Positions 7,542-17,608 of a stretch of DNA of 64,000 nucleotides are shown one piece after another. A program made the translations under genes and the position numbers. The DNA lies in IMG/VR virus record IMGVR_UViG_3300029486_000002, positions 8,787 to 72,786 of that record. One strand, 5' to 3'. Every line of letters starts with the position of its first letter. Position 1 is the stretch's first letter. The notes beneath the pieces are model-generated. The model saw only the letters and a list, made by a program, of their open reading frames with translations. It did no database searches and was not told the origin of the DNA. The stretch comes from a virus.

Positions 7542-9134
7542 ATGGCAAAGAAAGCGAAAAAAGAAGACAATGAAGGCAAACTTCAACATGCCTTGAACGA
7601 ATTGCGCTGGATAAACACACCTGTCAACTATACATCATACGCTAAAAGCTATTCTCTCATACAACAGGACGTTATGCTGTTGGTAAGCGGACGACTGCAA
7701 GACCATTTTGCCAAGTTTCTTAACGAACATCGTTATTTAAGCAAGGAACGACCCAATGGAGGTATAACGAAAGAAGACCTGTTGAAGATGGGACCGATAC
7801 GTTTGCGCCTGGCTGACTTCGGTATAGACAGCAGCCATTATGACGAGTCGGTAAAGGTGATAAACCAAATGAAGAAGATAGAGTTTCATTTACCGCGTTT
7901 CGATCCAGAGACAGGACTTAGAAAAGGTGAGGACTATATGCCTATATTCAGCAAGATATTTATCCCGAAGAACTTCACATCACGAGAAGGAGAAGATTTC
8001 AACAATTCGGGAGACGGAGAAACAAAGATAGACGAGGACGGACAGGAAGTGCGCAAGTTCCGTCGTGACGGATATATCGAGGTTACAATAAACATTGAGG
8101 TGGCAAAAGCCGTGTTTGATATGGCAGACGGATATTTCAATCATCTTGAACGTATCGCCTATTTCTGCAATTCGGCTTACACGTCACGTCTTTATCTTCT
8201 GTTGATGAAGTACGCGAGCAGGGGGCAGATGCACCCTGCTATAGATTATCGTGAGCTGAAGGAAGCATTGGGTATGTTTAAGGTCGATGTGGAAAAAAGT
8301 GAACAACCCGCAAAGGTTGTCACTACTGAGAAATATCAAAAGTTCTCACAGTTCCGCAAACAGGTGTTGGACGTGGCACGTGGTGACATGGAGCGACTGT
8401 GCGAGGAAAACAAGATAGAGATAATGCTATCGTGCATTGACCCCGACAAAAAAGGCTATGAACCTATTTATAGGGGTAGCGCCAAACGAGGCAATCCTGA
8501 AAAAATCAAGTTTCATATTAAGCGCACACCGTTGGGCTTGGCGAGAGAATTGGAGTTGCATCGTGGTTCGTCAGAAAAACGTTTGTGCGCCAAGTTAATG
8601 TCATTATATCCTACGCTCGACGAAGAACGGCTCAAGGCGTTTGTTGCTGACGTTCCCGAAGACCTTTGGAACGACTTTAAGGCGTATGCCTATAATGGAG
8701 TGCCGAAAGCGGTAGAGCAACCGCATAGATGGAATGGCACGGTGGAGGATTTCGTGTTTTACATTATGGAGCAATGGATAAAACAGCATAGTGTGAAGCA
8801 TGAAGCCCAGCAGCAGACGTTTGCGTTTGTCAAAGCGGAGGAAGTGAAGCCGAAACCGGGCGAAAGAGAATGGCAGCAGCTTGTGGCTATGCTTGACGGC
8901 GAAACAGGCGAGTGGCTGGGTAGTGAGATGTCGGACTTGTTGAAAAAAGTGACGCTTGATGATTATGACGGCAAGACTGTCCGGATTATTGCGACTCAGA
9001 AACAGGTGGCAGACATGGAGAATCTGCTGGGTAATAATGTACTAAAAAATAAATTCAGCCAATTACTTGGTCATTGTTTTAAAGGTGACAAACGTAAAAA
9101 GGTTCGTTTGGATTATAATAAAATAAAAAAATAG
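7542..9134 (+). CDS. putative replication initiator (Rep) protein (530 aa)
   Basis: Sits immediately downstream of iterons, an AT-rich region and inverted iterons, the standard order for iteron-plasmid rep genes; I recognise no named motif, so the assignment is by context. Confidence 0.55.
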   Translation: MAKKAKKEDNEGKLQHALNELRWINTPVNYTSYAKSYSLIQQDVMLLVSGRLQDHFAKFLNEHRYLSKERPNGGITKEDLLKMGPIRLRLADFGIDSSHYDESVKVINQMKKIEFHLPRFDPETGLRKGEDYMPIFSKIFIPKNFTSREGEDFNNSGDGETKIDEDGQEVRKFRRDGYIEVTINIEVAKAVFDMADGYFNHLERIAYFCNSAYTSRLYLLLMKYASRGQMHPAIDYRELKEALGMFKVDVEKSEQPAKVVTTEKYQKFSQFRKQVLDVARGDMERLCEENKIEIMLSCIDPDKKGYEPIYRGSAKRGNPEKIKFHIKRTPLGLARELELHRGSSEKRLCAKLMSLYPTLDEERLKAFVADVPEDLWNDFKAYAYNGVPKAVEQPHRWNGTVEDFVFYIMEQWIKQHSVKHEAQQQTFAFVKAEEVKPKPGEREWQQLVAMLDGETGEWLGSEMSDLLKKVTLDDYDGKTVRIIATQKQVADMENLLGNNVLKNKFSQLLGHCFKGDKRKKVRLDYNKIKK

Positions 9135-9139
9135 TTTTA

Positions 9140-9177
9140 CACCGCTTACCCATTCCCAAAGGTAGGCGGTGTTTTTA
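9140..9177 (+). terminator. rho-independent terminator (CACCGCTTACC...GGTAGGCGGTG then TTTTT)
   Basis: 11-bp stem with one mismatch plus a T-run, directly after the rep stop. Confidence 0.6.
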
Positions 9178-9243
9178 GTATGTCCTGTTTGTGTCGGCGA
9201 CTTTTTTTATTTTTGCACGCAGAAACCAACAAGACATAAATAT

Positions 9244-9840
9244 ATGGGAAAAATCAAAATCATTACATTATGGCTTATGGCTGTAATCACGTTAATGAGC
9301 TGCGCCGCCTCAAGAAAGGTGGAGCAGGGGAGTAGTGAGCAACGGCGTGATAGTGACGTAACTATCGTTAAGGACAGCGTGGTGAAGTCGGAGACGATGA
9401 CGGACAGCAGCGCCGTTAGAGTCACGGACGAGAATCATACATCTGGCACTATGACCGACAAGGGTAGTAACGAGGAAACTATCACTGAGCGAGTGACTGA
9501 GAGTACGGATGCCCAAGGCAACAAGACCACCACCACAGATCGAACCGTACACCGCAAGGGCGACTATGAGCGCAATGCCACATACGAGGCACGACTGAAG
9601 CATCAGGAAGAGATAATGACGCGGATGCAGCACGTAATAGATAGCTTAGTGTTGAGTAACAGGCTGAACGCGGGTACCCACTGGGCAAAGAAGGATAGCA
9701 CGAATGTGGTGAAGGAGAAGAACACAAAGAATATAAAGTCTACGTCAGAATGGTGGCAGCTTGCTCTGATGGTTTTCAGTGTTTCTTCTCTTGTTCTTTG
9801 TTTTTGTCCCTTGTCTTATAGTAAAAAGAATAAAGCATAA
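9244..9840 (+). CDS. lipoprotein, Ser/Thr-rich, with a C-terminal TM segment
   Basis: MGKIKIITLWLMAVITLMSC lipobox; C-terminal WWQLALMVFSVSSLVLCFC; the start is taken at the internal ATG of track ORF 9169. Confidence 0.5.
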   Translation: MGKIKIITLWLMAVITLMSCAASRKVEQGSSEQRRDSDVTIVKDSVVKSETMTDSSAVRVTDENHTSGTMTDKGSNEETITERVTESTDAQGNKTTTTDRTVHRKGDYERNATYEARLKHQEEIMTRMQHVIDSLVLSNRLNAGTHWAKKDSTNVVKEKNTKNIKSTSEWWQLALMVFSVSSLVLCFCPLSYSKKNKA

Positions 9841-9846
9841 GAACTT

Positions 9847-10140
9847 ATGAGTAGAAAGAAACAAGACATAATAGAGAACACCGAGCAGCCGGAAGTCACC
9901 TTACAAGACTTTGTTATCCCTGCCAAGATAGAAGCCTTTTGCGAAAAATACAAGCCGCTCGACCATTGGCGTGAAGACTGCGACATGTTCACCGACTATC
10001 AGCTTCGTACGTACTTCAAGGCAGTAGTATGTCCGTTGGGCGATCCGTTGGCATTGTACCTTCAGGAGTTGGCTGTGAGAGGCTTTAAGATGAAGGACGA
10101 TGAATGTGGAGAGCCTGTCATCTACGCTGCGCTAAGGTGA
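9847..10140 (+). CDS. hypothetical protein (97 aa)
   Basis: ORF track. Confidence 0.45.
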   Translation: MSRKKQDIIENTEQPEVTLQDFVIPAKIEAFCEKYKPLDHWREDCDMFTDYQLRTYFKAVVCPLGDPLALYLQELAVRGFKMKDDECGEPVIYAALR

Positions 10141-10145
10141 TTTTT

Positions 10146-10203
10146 GTTTTTGAATTTTGAATTATCGGCAAAGCCGATTTTGAATTGTCAATTTTGAATT
10201 TAG
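10146..10203 (-). repeat. TTCAAAA-repeat/palindrome element, copy a (reverse orientation; central palindrome ATCGGCAAAGCCGAT)
   Basis: Its reverse complement aligns with the copies at 18486 and 23911; flanked by GAATTTTGAATT units. Confidence 0.5.
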
Positions 10204-10208
10204 AATAT

Positions 10209-10733
10209 ATGAAGAAACCTCATTATTATTACAAGGTGTCGGCTACGTCTAATGTGGGTAGCGACATTCAGAAGTTTATGAACCGCTGCCAGGAAGCCGA
10301 GCAGAAGGCTCTTGATTGGGCTAAAAAACATGGAGCAGAGCACTATTACGAGTCGCCTGAAGGCATGGCAGGTGGAGTAGGAGCCGTGGAGTTTGCCGAC
10401 ACCACCGGACGTGACGGTTGGGATAAGGAAGTGTCGCCCGATGGTCGTGTGTTCTTCTTCCCCATCGAAGGCACCGACTTGGAAAAAGAGATGAATGCCC
10501 TGCCAGTCGTGAGTGAGGCAGAGCTGTTTTGCATACTTAACCTTCAGCCGAAGCGCACGAAAGACAACCTGCCTTTGCCCATGACGTTTGGAAATAGCAC
10601 GCCCATCGTGTTCCTGCATCAAGGCTACTGGTATGCCGACGTTCCGTATGTAAGTGCCGACATGACACTTACCCAGATAGAGGAAAAAGAGTTTTATCGT
10701 CGCAAGATGGCAGCGATAAACGAACGAAAATAA
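10209..10733 (+). CDS. hypothetical protein (175 aa from the ATG at 10209)
   Basis: ORF track 10185 (alternative start); the first ATG is at 10209. Confidence 0.5.
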   Translation: MKKPHYYYKVSATSNVGSDIQKFMNRCQEAEQKALDWAKKHGAEHYYESPEGMAGGVGAVEFADTTGRDGWDKEVSPDGRVFFFPIEGTDLEKEMNALPVVSEAELFCILNLQPKRTKDNLPLPMTFGNSTPIVFLHQGYWYADVPYVSADMTLTQIEEKEFYRRKMAAINERK

Positions 10734-10790
10734 ATAGTAAGTAGTAGATAATAAGTGGTTAATAATTAGTTTTTAGTTTATATTTTTGTG

Positions 10791-10825
10791 CGTTACCCGT
10801 CCGTGAGGATAGGTAACGCTTTTTT
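10791..10825. terminator. bidirectional terminator hairpin CGTTACC-[CGTCCGTGAGGATA]-GGTAACG + T-run
   Basis: 7-bp stem; the loop carries the conserved GTCCGYGAGGATAG motif; it lies between convergent ORFs 10209-10733(+) and 10827-11537(-). Confidence 0.65.
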
Positions 10826-10826
10826 G

Positions 10827-11537
10827 TCAGTCTTGTGTAGGACGGTCGGCAACCATATAACCATTATCCATGCTCATATTTTTGTAGTTTTTTGCTTCGT
10901 TGAGCATACGAGTGAGATTAGCGATTTGCTTTTGTTGTTCTGCAATCACATCGAGCAGACGTGCGCGTTCCTCGCTATGACGCTCTTCGCTCTTCATGCG
11001 TTTAGCTTCGAGGTCGAGCAGTGCTTTCATATTTTGATCGCTAACATTGCCTACTACGATCATCTCTCCTTGCCCCGTATCGTGCGTTTGGACACATATA
11101 GAGGAGGGCTTGTCCGTACCGCTGCACTCTTTTTTATCAGAATCAACAATTCCTGGTACGACGGACGGAATTAGCTGCACGTCTAACGGGTCGAGAAGCG
11201 CACGACTGCCAGCTTTACGCTCTGTAACATAGCCGCCGTCAGGAGCGAATATGTCACCTTCTTGTGGTTGTACGTACATTGAGTTTCCCGTTGGGTCGCT
11301 ATCTTTGTCGTAAAAGAAAGCTGAGATAGGCACTTGAAAGGTGTTGCAGAAGCGCAGAATGCTTGATACTGGCATGGGACATCTGCCTTGCTCCCATAGA
11401 CGCAGACTGTTGTTAGATGTTGATCCGATGGCTTGCAGGATGGTGTTGATGTTTATCCTGCCGTTGGCCTCCATCCATCTGTTGAGAAACGAATAATTGT
11501 ATTGGTACTTCATAACTGAATTATTTAAAAATGACAC
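10827..11537 (-). CDS. HTH (XRE/CI-like) transcriptional repressor candidate
   Basis: N-terminal INTILQAIGSTSNNSLRLWEQGRCPMPVSSILRFCNTF is a helix-turn-helix; the only leftward gene in a rightward block, divergent from the promoter at 11603. Confidence 0.6.
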   Translation of the reverse strand: MSFLNNSVMKYQYNYSFLNRWMEANGRININTILQAIGSTSNNSLRLWEQGRCPMPVSSILRFCNTFQVPISAFFYDKDSDPTGNSMYVQPQEGDIFAPDGGYVTERKAGSRALLDPLDVQLIPSVVPGIVDSDKKECSGTDKPSSICVQTHDTGQGEMIVVGNVSDQNMKALLDLEAKRMKSEERHSEERARLLDVIAEQQKQIANLTRMLNEAKNYKNMSMDNGYMVADRPTQD

Positions 11538-11602
11538 TTAAATCGTTAAAAAAGATAAATACTGAAAAATAAAAGTAATTAAGCTATTGTTATTTATATT
11601 TT

Positions 11603-11620
11603 AATTCTTAAATTTGCAAC
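11603..11620 (+). promoter_or_regulatory. promoter AATTCTTAAATTTGCAAC (identical to 5631-5648)
   Basis: Exact 18-mer repeat; 22 nt upstream of the ATG at 11643. Confidence 0.5.
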
Positions 11621-11642
11621 AAATATAGTGAATAACTGAAAA

Positions 11643-12146
11643 ATGACAAAGGAAAATATCGAGAAAATAACAACACCATTGCAATCTTTGAACGCTAAAG
11701 ATATTTCAGTGGAAGAAAAGAAATCGTTGTCTGATTTTATGCAGGCAAAAGGCTTCTCCGTAGCCACTTTTTATCTGCGTTTCTTTAAGAACGGCTTTTC
11801 TGTTTGGGAAATCATCGGCATTAACGAATGTAAAAAACAATTTTTAGCTATGCCGGAAGTAGCCGAGCTATTATTGTCGTATGCCGGAGACGAAGAGCAA
11901 GGAGCCGATAAGGGCGACAAGGGGTATCTCTATACCTTAGCAAAGAGTGATAAGGTTGGTGCTTTCTACGAATGTCTGAGACGTGCCAATACTGGACTTT
12001 GTAAAAAGTTCTTCGACTTCATGAATGAGCGCGGTATGAGCACCGGCACAGTTATCAAGCGTTTTACCACTGACAATTGGAAGGGATGGGAGTCTAATGG
12101 TATTAAGAATTGTCTTTTCCAGTTTAACCTAAAACCTACTAAATAA
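11643..12146 (+). CDS. hypothetical protein (167 aa)
   Basis: ORF track; first gene after the divergent promoter. Confidence 0.5.
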   Translation: MTKENIEKITTPLQSLNAKDISVEEKKSLSDFMQAKGFSVATFYLRFFKNGFSVWEIIGINECKKQFLAMPEVAELLLSYAGDEEQGADKGDKGYLYTLAKSDKVGAFYECLRRANTGLCKKFFDFMNERGMSTGTVIKRFTTDNWKGWESNGIKNCLFQFNLKPTK

Positions 12147-12147
12147 A

Positions 12148-12813
12148 ATGATAGATGTTACTTTAGATTTTGAGACCTGTGCACTTGCACCTACAGCTGC
12201 CGTGATGAGTGTCGGGGCAGTAGTCTGGAATCGTGATGGAGATAAATCACCTTTTTATGGTGGCAATAGTACTGTTAAATATCCTACATTCTCGGCTCAT
12301 GTAGACCTTCGGGGAATGTTCATCGAGGGTTTTACTTTCGATGAAGAGACAGCCGATTGGTGGAAGCAGAAGAGCGAAGGAGCAAAAGCTGCAGTTCTTG
12401 ACAGTGATGATGACGCTACACCATGTTCGCCTATAGAGACTGTTGTGAGTAACCTCTTTGGATGGGTTAAAGAAATCAAAGAAGCGTTGCACAATCAGGA
12501 CTTGTGTCTTTGGGCTCAAGGTTCAGATTTTGACATTGCTATCTTGCGTAATATCTGCTATAAGTTGGGCATAGAAGTTCCCGTGCATTACACCAACTTC
12601 CGCGACCATCGCACGTTTATCTACGAGGCGGCTCGCTTGATATGTAATGCCCGTGGAGAGTTCTATCATCCGAGTAAGGCATACGACCTTGTTGAGGATT
12701 ATAAGGACATTGATAAAGGCGCGGAACACGACCCTGTATTTGACTGCAAGCGCAGCATCTATTCCACATGGCAGATGATGCGAAAGTTGGCTTGTTTGAA
12801 ATATATTGAATAG
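12148..12813 (+). CDS. DEDD-family 3'-5' exonuclease (DnaQ/epsilon-like)
   Basis: Exo I LDFETCAL (D-x-E); Exo II WAQGSDFDIAIL; Exo III HDPVFDCKRS. Confidence 0.65.
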   Translation: MIDVTLDFETCALAPTAAVMSVGAVVWNRDGDKSPFYGGNSTVKYPTFSAHVDLRGMFIEGFTFDEETADWWKQKSEGAKAAVLDSDDDATPCSPIETVVSNLFGWVKEIKEALHNQDLCLWAQGSDFDIAILRNICYKLGIEVPVHYTNFRDHRTFIYEAARLICNARGEFYHPSKAYDLVEDYKDIDKGAEHDPVFDCKRSIYSTWQMMRKLACLKYIE

Positions 12814-12815
12814 AA

Positions 12816-13232
12816 ATGCCTAACCATGAGTATCTGAATTGCCCTTACATCCCTAATCGCCGGAACAAAAGGCAAGGACGGCCTACGCATCGGGAATATC
12901 TACACCGCATAGCCTATACGGAGACCGTGCGCGACTATGACAGCGACAACAAAGTACTGCTTTTCCATGCTCCATTCGCCTTAGTGAAGGATGTGTGTCA
13001 GAAGTTGTTCACGATGATGCAGGGCAATGTAGGGAATATAATAGTAAGGAACGAGCATTCCTGCCGAGTGAGAAACGGCAAGTGTTATTGGCGTGTGGCT
13101 GTGGAGATAATAGATCTTAATGAGAGCGTCATTTCGTTTAAGGAGTTCGTGCGGATGCTGATTAACTGCATGAAGAACTTGGCTAACTGCACCATCCGAC
13201 ACTTCCGCACGGAAACGTTTCTGAACTTATAG
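12816..13232 (+). CDS. hypothetical protein (138 aa)
   Basis: ORF track. Confidence 0.4.
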   Translation: MPNHEYLNCPYIPNRRNKRQGRPTHREYLHRIAYTETVRDYDSDNKVLLFHAPFALVKDVCQKLFTMMQGNVGNIIVRNEHSCRVRNGKCYWRVAVEIIDLNESVISFKEFVRMLINCMKNLANCTIRHFRTETFLNL

Positions 13233-13403
13233 TAAAAACAAATGTAAAAACAGAAAGAATAACGGACAGCATGGAGAATGAGGTAGCGGCAACGCCCTCC
13301 TATCAGTAAGTTTTATCAGGGTGGACACAAGAGCCTCGGATTCTGGTAATACCGAAAAGTTTGGCATTTCATCGCTGTCCGTTCTTTAATAATAACAGCA
13401 ATC

Positions 13404-16400
13404 ATGTTCTTTCATCCTATCATAAATCGTCTTGCCAACATCGACCTGCACCTTCTCGTGAAGCCCGCCAACGAGCAGCGCATCGAAGGTCAGACCGCAT
13501 GTTTCTGCCCTATCTGCCAAAAGGGACAGGACACGGATGTCGATGCCAAGCAGACACCCCACTTCATTATTTATGAAAATGAGCGAGGTGGACTTTCTTC
13601 GGGCGTGGGTGTTGAAGACAACCGAATGGCAGAGCATGGTACCGTGAAGTGGAAATGCACCCGCACGGGTAAGACCGGCTACGGAGCCATCGAGTTGTAC
13701 GCAGCCAAGATGAACCTTCCGCTGCACGGATATAGTCTTCAGCGCATCTGCCAAAGACTTGTAAGGGATGTGTATGGCGATACCGACGAGGTGCGGCGTG
13801 CCTTCCCTGAGGTGTTTGCCAAGATGGACTACCGTACTCAGGCACAGCAGACCATCGAGACATTCTCTTTCATGCCGAAGACCGACTTCTCGCCACAAGA
13901 GCTTGCAGCCCTTGGGTGTGAGGTGACGCTCGACAAAGGATTGCCTCGCTTCGGCTTTGGCAGTACGTTTACGCCCGACATGCTCAACAAGGACTTCCGC
14001 ATCTACTCTCTGTTGAGTGTCACGCTGCCCGACGTAATACGCGACGGTCAGCATGTGAGCGAGATTATCCACGGTACGCCGTGGAATCCGCTGTTCGTAT
14101 GCTTCGCCTCACAGGAGATAGGTCCGCAGAACTCTTACGGATGTTTCTTCCGTCCAGCAATGGCTGGGAGCGAACCGATAGTGTTCTCTACCGCCGAGGA
14201 GCACAGCGTGAGGAAGGTGAGCAAGTGGCTCATGGGCGACAACGTGTTCGTCTATGCAATGGATCAGCGCAAGAGCGACAACACCGCCGTACATGCAGCC
14301 ATCCTGAAGTTCGAGCCGACGGAGAAGTTTACCGAAGAAAAAGAAATCTGGGTAGAACGTGAAGACAAGAATGGCGTGGGGAAAGGAACATTTAAGCAAG
14401 AGAAGAAGAAGATTCCTACCGCCGAGATAAAAGCTCGCAACATCGTCTTTTGTCGTACACCCGAAGACGCATTGAGTGTGTATTATGCCATGCGTTCCTT
14501 GCGCCTTGATAAGGCGGAAGACCAACACTTCCAAGACTTTTGTTGGTATCACGTGGCGTTCTCCATCGGACGGAGAAACTTCTGGTATATAGAGCGCGGC
14601 GAGTGGAAGCGGGAGAATATTGACTTTAGCGGTGTGCAATATCAGAAGATGAACCGCTTTGCCGAGCACGTCATTATTCTATACCCTAACGACATTGCCT
14701 CACAGCGCGACTGCGGAGCTATATGCACCAAGTTCAGCTCATTGTATTATGCAATGCTGCCAGAAGGTTTCCGATCGCGCTATTGCCGACGCTGGCAATG
14801 GCTATATGGCTGCTCTCCCCGAAGCGTGCGCGATTATCTGCTGACGTACACCATGAACGCGGAGGAGAACTTCCAGTTCGACCATGACCTTCGCCTTCCG
14901 CTCTATTCCCGATTGCGTGTAGCCAGAAACACGGAACCTTTCGAGATAGAATATCCGCGTGACCCTCGAAGCGGAAAGCCAAAGCCACCTACCTGCAAGG
15001 TGTCGCCTACGCGATTGTGGCTCTTTATGGCCGCTCACGGATATTATCGCATGATAGACCCCGAGAGCACCGACCTCGTAGGACAGTATATCCACCTGAA
15101 TAAATGCTTTGTGGAATATATCGACGCAAAGAGTATTATCCAGGCAGCAAAGACAATGCTTTTGGAATATATAGAACAGACATGGCGGCATAGCGACAAC
15201 GAGCGGCGTTTGATGTCCGACTGTGCCAATATGGTGGATAAGACCTTCACGGAGAAGTCTGCCGGAGGTTTGCAGAGTATGGTGATTAATTTTGCCGATG
15301 CCTTCGATGCAAAGACGGAGTACTTCTACTTCAACAATGTGGCACTGAAGATAACGCCCGACAGCATCCGCACGGTGTCGTATGACGACATCAACTTCTT
15401 TATCCCCTCGCTTGCCAAGAAGCCGTATGACTTCACGATGCGGGTGTTCAAGACACCGTTCACCATCACCGAGCGTCAGGAATACCGCGATCGACTTGAA
15501 GCGATAGACAAGAAGGAGAAAATGCAGAATGAGGACGGGTCGCCAGTGTTCACCTACGACGAGATAAAGCAGATGCGTGGCGACCTTATGGAATGGGCGC
15601 AGACATATCGTTGGGATGTCAACTGGCAAGGACAGCAAGAAAAAGACCTTTGGCCTATTCTGCGCATAGTGCGCGGCTTCTCAAACACTCTTTGGGAGCG
15701 AGAACGAGACGTACAGCGTAGTAAAGAAGAACTTACTGAGGACGAGCGAGCTGTAATGAACGCCCATTTTGCCAATATGCTTTCGGGCATAGGCAGGCTT
15801 TGTTATCGTTCATGGGAAGGGATGCAGAACGTCTGTCCTTATCTTCTTGAGGATAATATCGCCGACGAGAAGCAAGCCTCTGGTGGTAGCGGTAAGTCGG
15901 TATTGGTAAACCTCGTGGTTGGTTCGGCTGTCAATGTGTTCAGTGTGGATATGAAAGACTTCCTTACCATTGTCGATGCAAAGTTCTGTCTTTCCGACTT
16001 GCTCACATATCCTGGCAAATATCGTGTAGTACACTGGGAGGACAAGCAGAAGAGCTTTCCGCTCAAATACTTCTACAACAAGATAACCAAAGGTACGAAG
16101 GTTGAAAAGAAATTTGGCGACCCCGTCAGTCTGAAGATGGAAGACTCACCGATGCACGTCATAACAAGCAACAGTCCGTTGAGCGACGACGACCCCTCTA
16201 CTATAGGTCGTTTTCCACTGGTTAGTTTCTCCGACCGTTTTGCTCGCGAGAATCCTCAAAAGCGACAGCCGGCACGATCACCATCCGACATTATGAAGCG
16301 TTTTGATACCGACCCCGCCAAATTGACCGATACCGACCGCAATCAGACCATATACCTTTGCGCCTTGGCAGTGCAGTTCTTGATGCACTACCACACCTTT

Positions 16401-17072
16401 GCCATTGCACCGCAAGGCAATGTGCGTCGCCGCCAGATGGTGCAGAAGCTCACCGAGAGCATTGTCCGCTACTTCGAGTGGTTCTTCTCTCGCAATGAGG
16501 TCTACGGTGTGCCGATATGTACGGACGATATGTTCAACGAGTTTATGCGCGATTGGGCTGATGCTTCCGAGGGTAAGAGCAAGGAGTATAGCCGTGCTAC
16601 CTTCAAGAAGAAGATATACGACTATTGCGAAAACATGTCGATAGCGTGCAATCCTAAGCATCTCTTCGAGAACGAGAGTGACAAGCAGCGCAAATGCTTT
16701 AAGCTCCAGGCATGGGTTACGCAGGAATACTTTACCGGTCGTGAGTGGGAGAATGACAATACCATCGAGCCGAAGTTTATCCGCTATATGCAGACCTCCA
16801 AGCATGTGTTCTTCTTCTTCCGTCCTGGCAAGGATGCGATACCGAAGGACTACCGCGAGCTAAAGCGCATAGCAAAGCAATATGCCGAGCAGCCCGACCC
16901 GCTGCCATACCGCGACGATGACGGCAATATCGTTCAACTCACTGATGAAGAGAAGGAACGTTGGGAGAACAACAAGACACGCAAGCAGGGTAGGCGTATG
17001 ACTCCATCTGTGGCAGCTACGACAGCTACGGCTGTTGTGCCGGATGTAAATGAGGAGAATATGCCGTTCTGA
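13404..17072 (+). CDS. DNA primase-helicase (N-terminal Zn-binding/primase-like region, C-terminal P-loop SF3-like helicase), 1222 aa
   Basis: CFCPICQKGQ Cys cluster near the N-terminus; the Walker A GGSGKS in SGGSGKSVLVNLVVGS around residue 830; typical of phage D5-like primase-helicases. Confidence 0.7.
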   Translation: MFFHPIINRLANIDLHLLVKPANEQRIEGQTACFCPICQKGQDTDVDAKQTPHFIIYENERGGLSSGVGVEDNRMAEHGTVKWKCTRTGKTGYGAIELYAAKMNLPLHGYSLQRICQRLVRDVYGDTDEVRRAFPEVFAKMDYRTQAQQTIETFSFMPKTDFSPQELAALGCEVTLDKGLPRFGFGSTFTPDMLNKDFRIYSLLSVTLPDVIRDGQHVSEIIHGTPWNPLFVCFASQEIGPQNSYGCFFRPAMAGSEPIVFSTAEEHSVRKVSKWLMGDNVFVYAMDQRKSDNTAVHAAILKFEPTEKFTEEKEIWVEREDKNGVGKGTFKQEKKKIPTAEIKARNIVFCRTPEDALSVYYAMRSLRLDKAEDQHFQDFCWYHVAFSIGRRNFWYIERGEWKRENIDFSGVQYQKMNRFAEHVIILYPNDIASQRDCGAICTKFSSLYYAMLPEGFRSRYCRRWQWLYGCSPRSVRDYLLTYTMNAEENFQFDHDLRLPLYSRLRVARNTEPFEIEYPRDPRSGKPKPPTCKVSPTRLWLFMAAHGYYRMIDPESTDLVGQYIHLNKCFVEYIDAKSIIQAAKTMLLEYIEQTWRHSDNERRLMSDCANMVDKTFTEKSAGGLQSMVINFADAFDAKTEYFYFNNVALKITPDSIRTVSYDDINFFIPSLAKKPYDFTMRVFKTPFTITERQEYRDRLEAIDKKEKMQNEDGSPVFTYDEIKQMRGDLMEWAQTYRWDVNWQGQQEKDLWPILRIVRGFSNTLWERERDVQRSKEELTEDERAVMNAHFANMLSGIGRLCYRSWEGMQNVCPYLLEDNIADEKQASGGSGKSVLVNLVVGSAVNVFSVDMKDFLTIVDAKFCLSDLLTYPGKYRVVHWEDKQKSFPLKYFYNKITKGTKVEKKFGDPVSLKMEDSPMHVITSNSPLSDDDPSTIGRFPLVSFSDRFARENPQKRQPARSPSDIMKRFDTDPAKLTDTDRNQTIYLCALAVQFLMHYHTFAIAPQGNVRRRQMVQKLTESIVRYFEWFFSRNEVYGVPICTDDMFNEFMRDWADASEGKSKEYSRATFKKKIYDYCENMSIACNPKHLFENESDKQRKCFKLQAWVTQEYFTGREWENDNTIEPKFIRYMQTSKHVFFFFRPGKDAIPKDYRELKRIAKQYAEQPDPLPYRDDDGNIVQLTDEEKERWENNKTRKQGRRMTPSVAATTATAVVPDVNEENMPF

Positions 17073-17168
17073 TGAATCCACTGAAAAGATTTTTGGGTTC
17101 TTGGTAGTAAAACCTATAGGTTCTTATATAGAGAATATAGATGTAGAATTTTAAACAAAATATAGAGT

Positions 17169-17597
17169 ATGAAATTATACCGTTACATGTCTTCTTTTGA
17201 GATAGCCAAGTTGTTTCATCGAGAGATATTGAAAAATACTACTGACCACAGCAAACTTCGTGGTACAGCAAGTACGGCAAAAGGATTCTGTTTTGGAATT
17301 GGTGACATGGAACAGGCTAAAAAGGATCTTAGACGACTGAAGGGAATCGTCACTTCTGATGCTCTGTTAGTGTTCACACCTAAAAACATTGATAAGTTTA
17401 CACAATGTAAAGGTCGCTATATAGATTATGATAAGATTGATGCTGAAGGGAAATCTATCACAGACTATCCCATAGGAAAAGAACCCCACAAGTACTTCGA
17501 TGAATATTGCGCCGAGAGTTATTCTGTTGACGACATTGAAAAAATAGAGTGTTTTGAAGTGGTACGCCATTCTTTTCCTAAAGCAAAATTCAAATAA
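17169..17597 (+). CDS. hypothetical protein (142 aa)
   Basis: ORF track. Confidence 0.45.
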   Translation: MKLYRYMSSFEIAKLFHREILKNTTDHSKLRGTASTAKGFCFGIGDMEQAKKDLRRLKGIVTSDALLVFTPKNIDKFTQCKGRYIDYDKIDAEGKSITDYPIGKEPHKYFDEYCAESYSVDDIEKIECFEVVRHSFPKAKFK

Positions 17598-17608
17598 AAT
17601 AATACGCT

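Noticed and set aside
9169-9243. Extended N-terminus of the lipoprotein gene (MFLVCPVCVGDFFYFCTQK...)
   Set aside because: The extension overlaps the rep terminator hairpin. The internal Met gives a textbook lipobox signal peptide.
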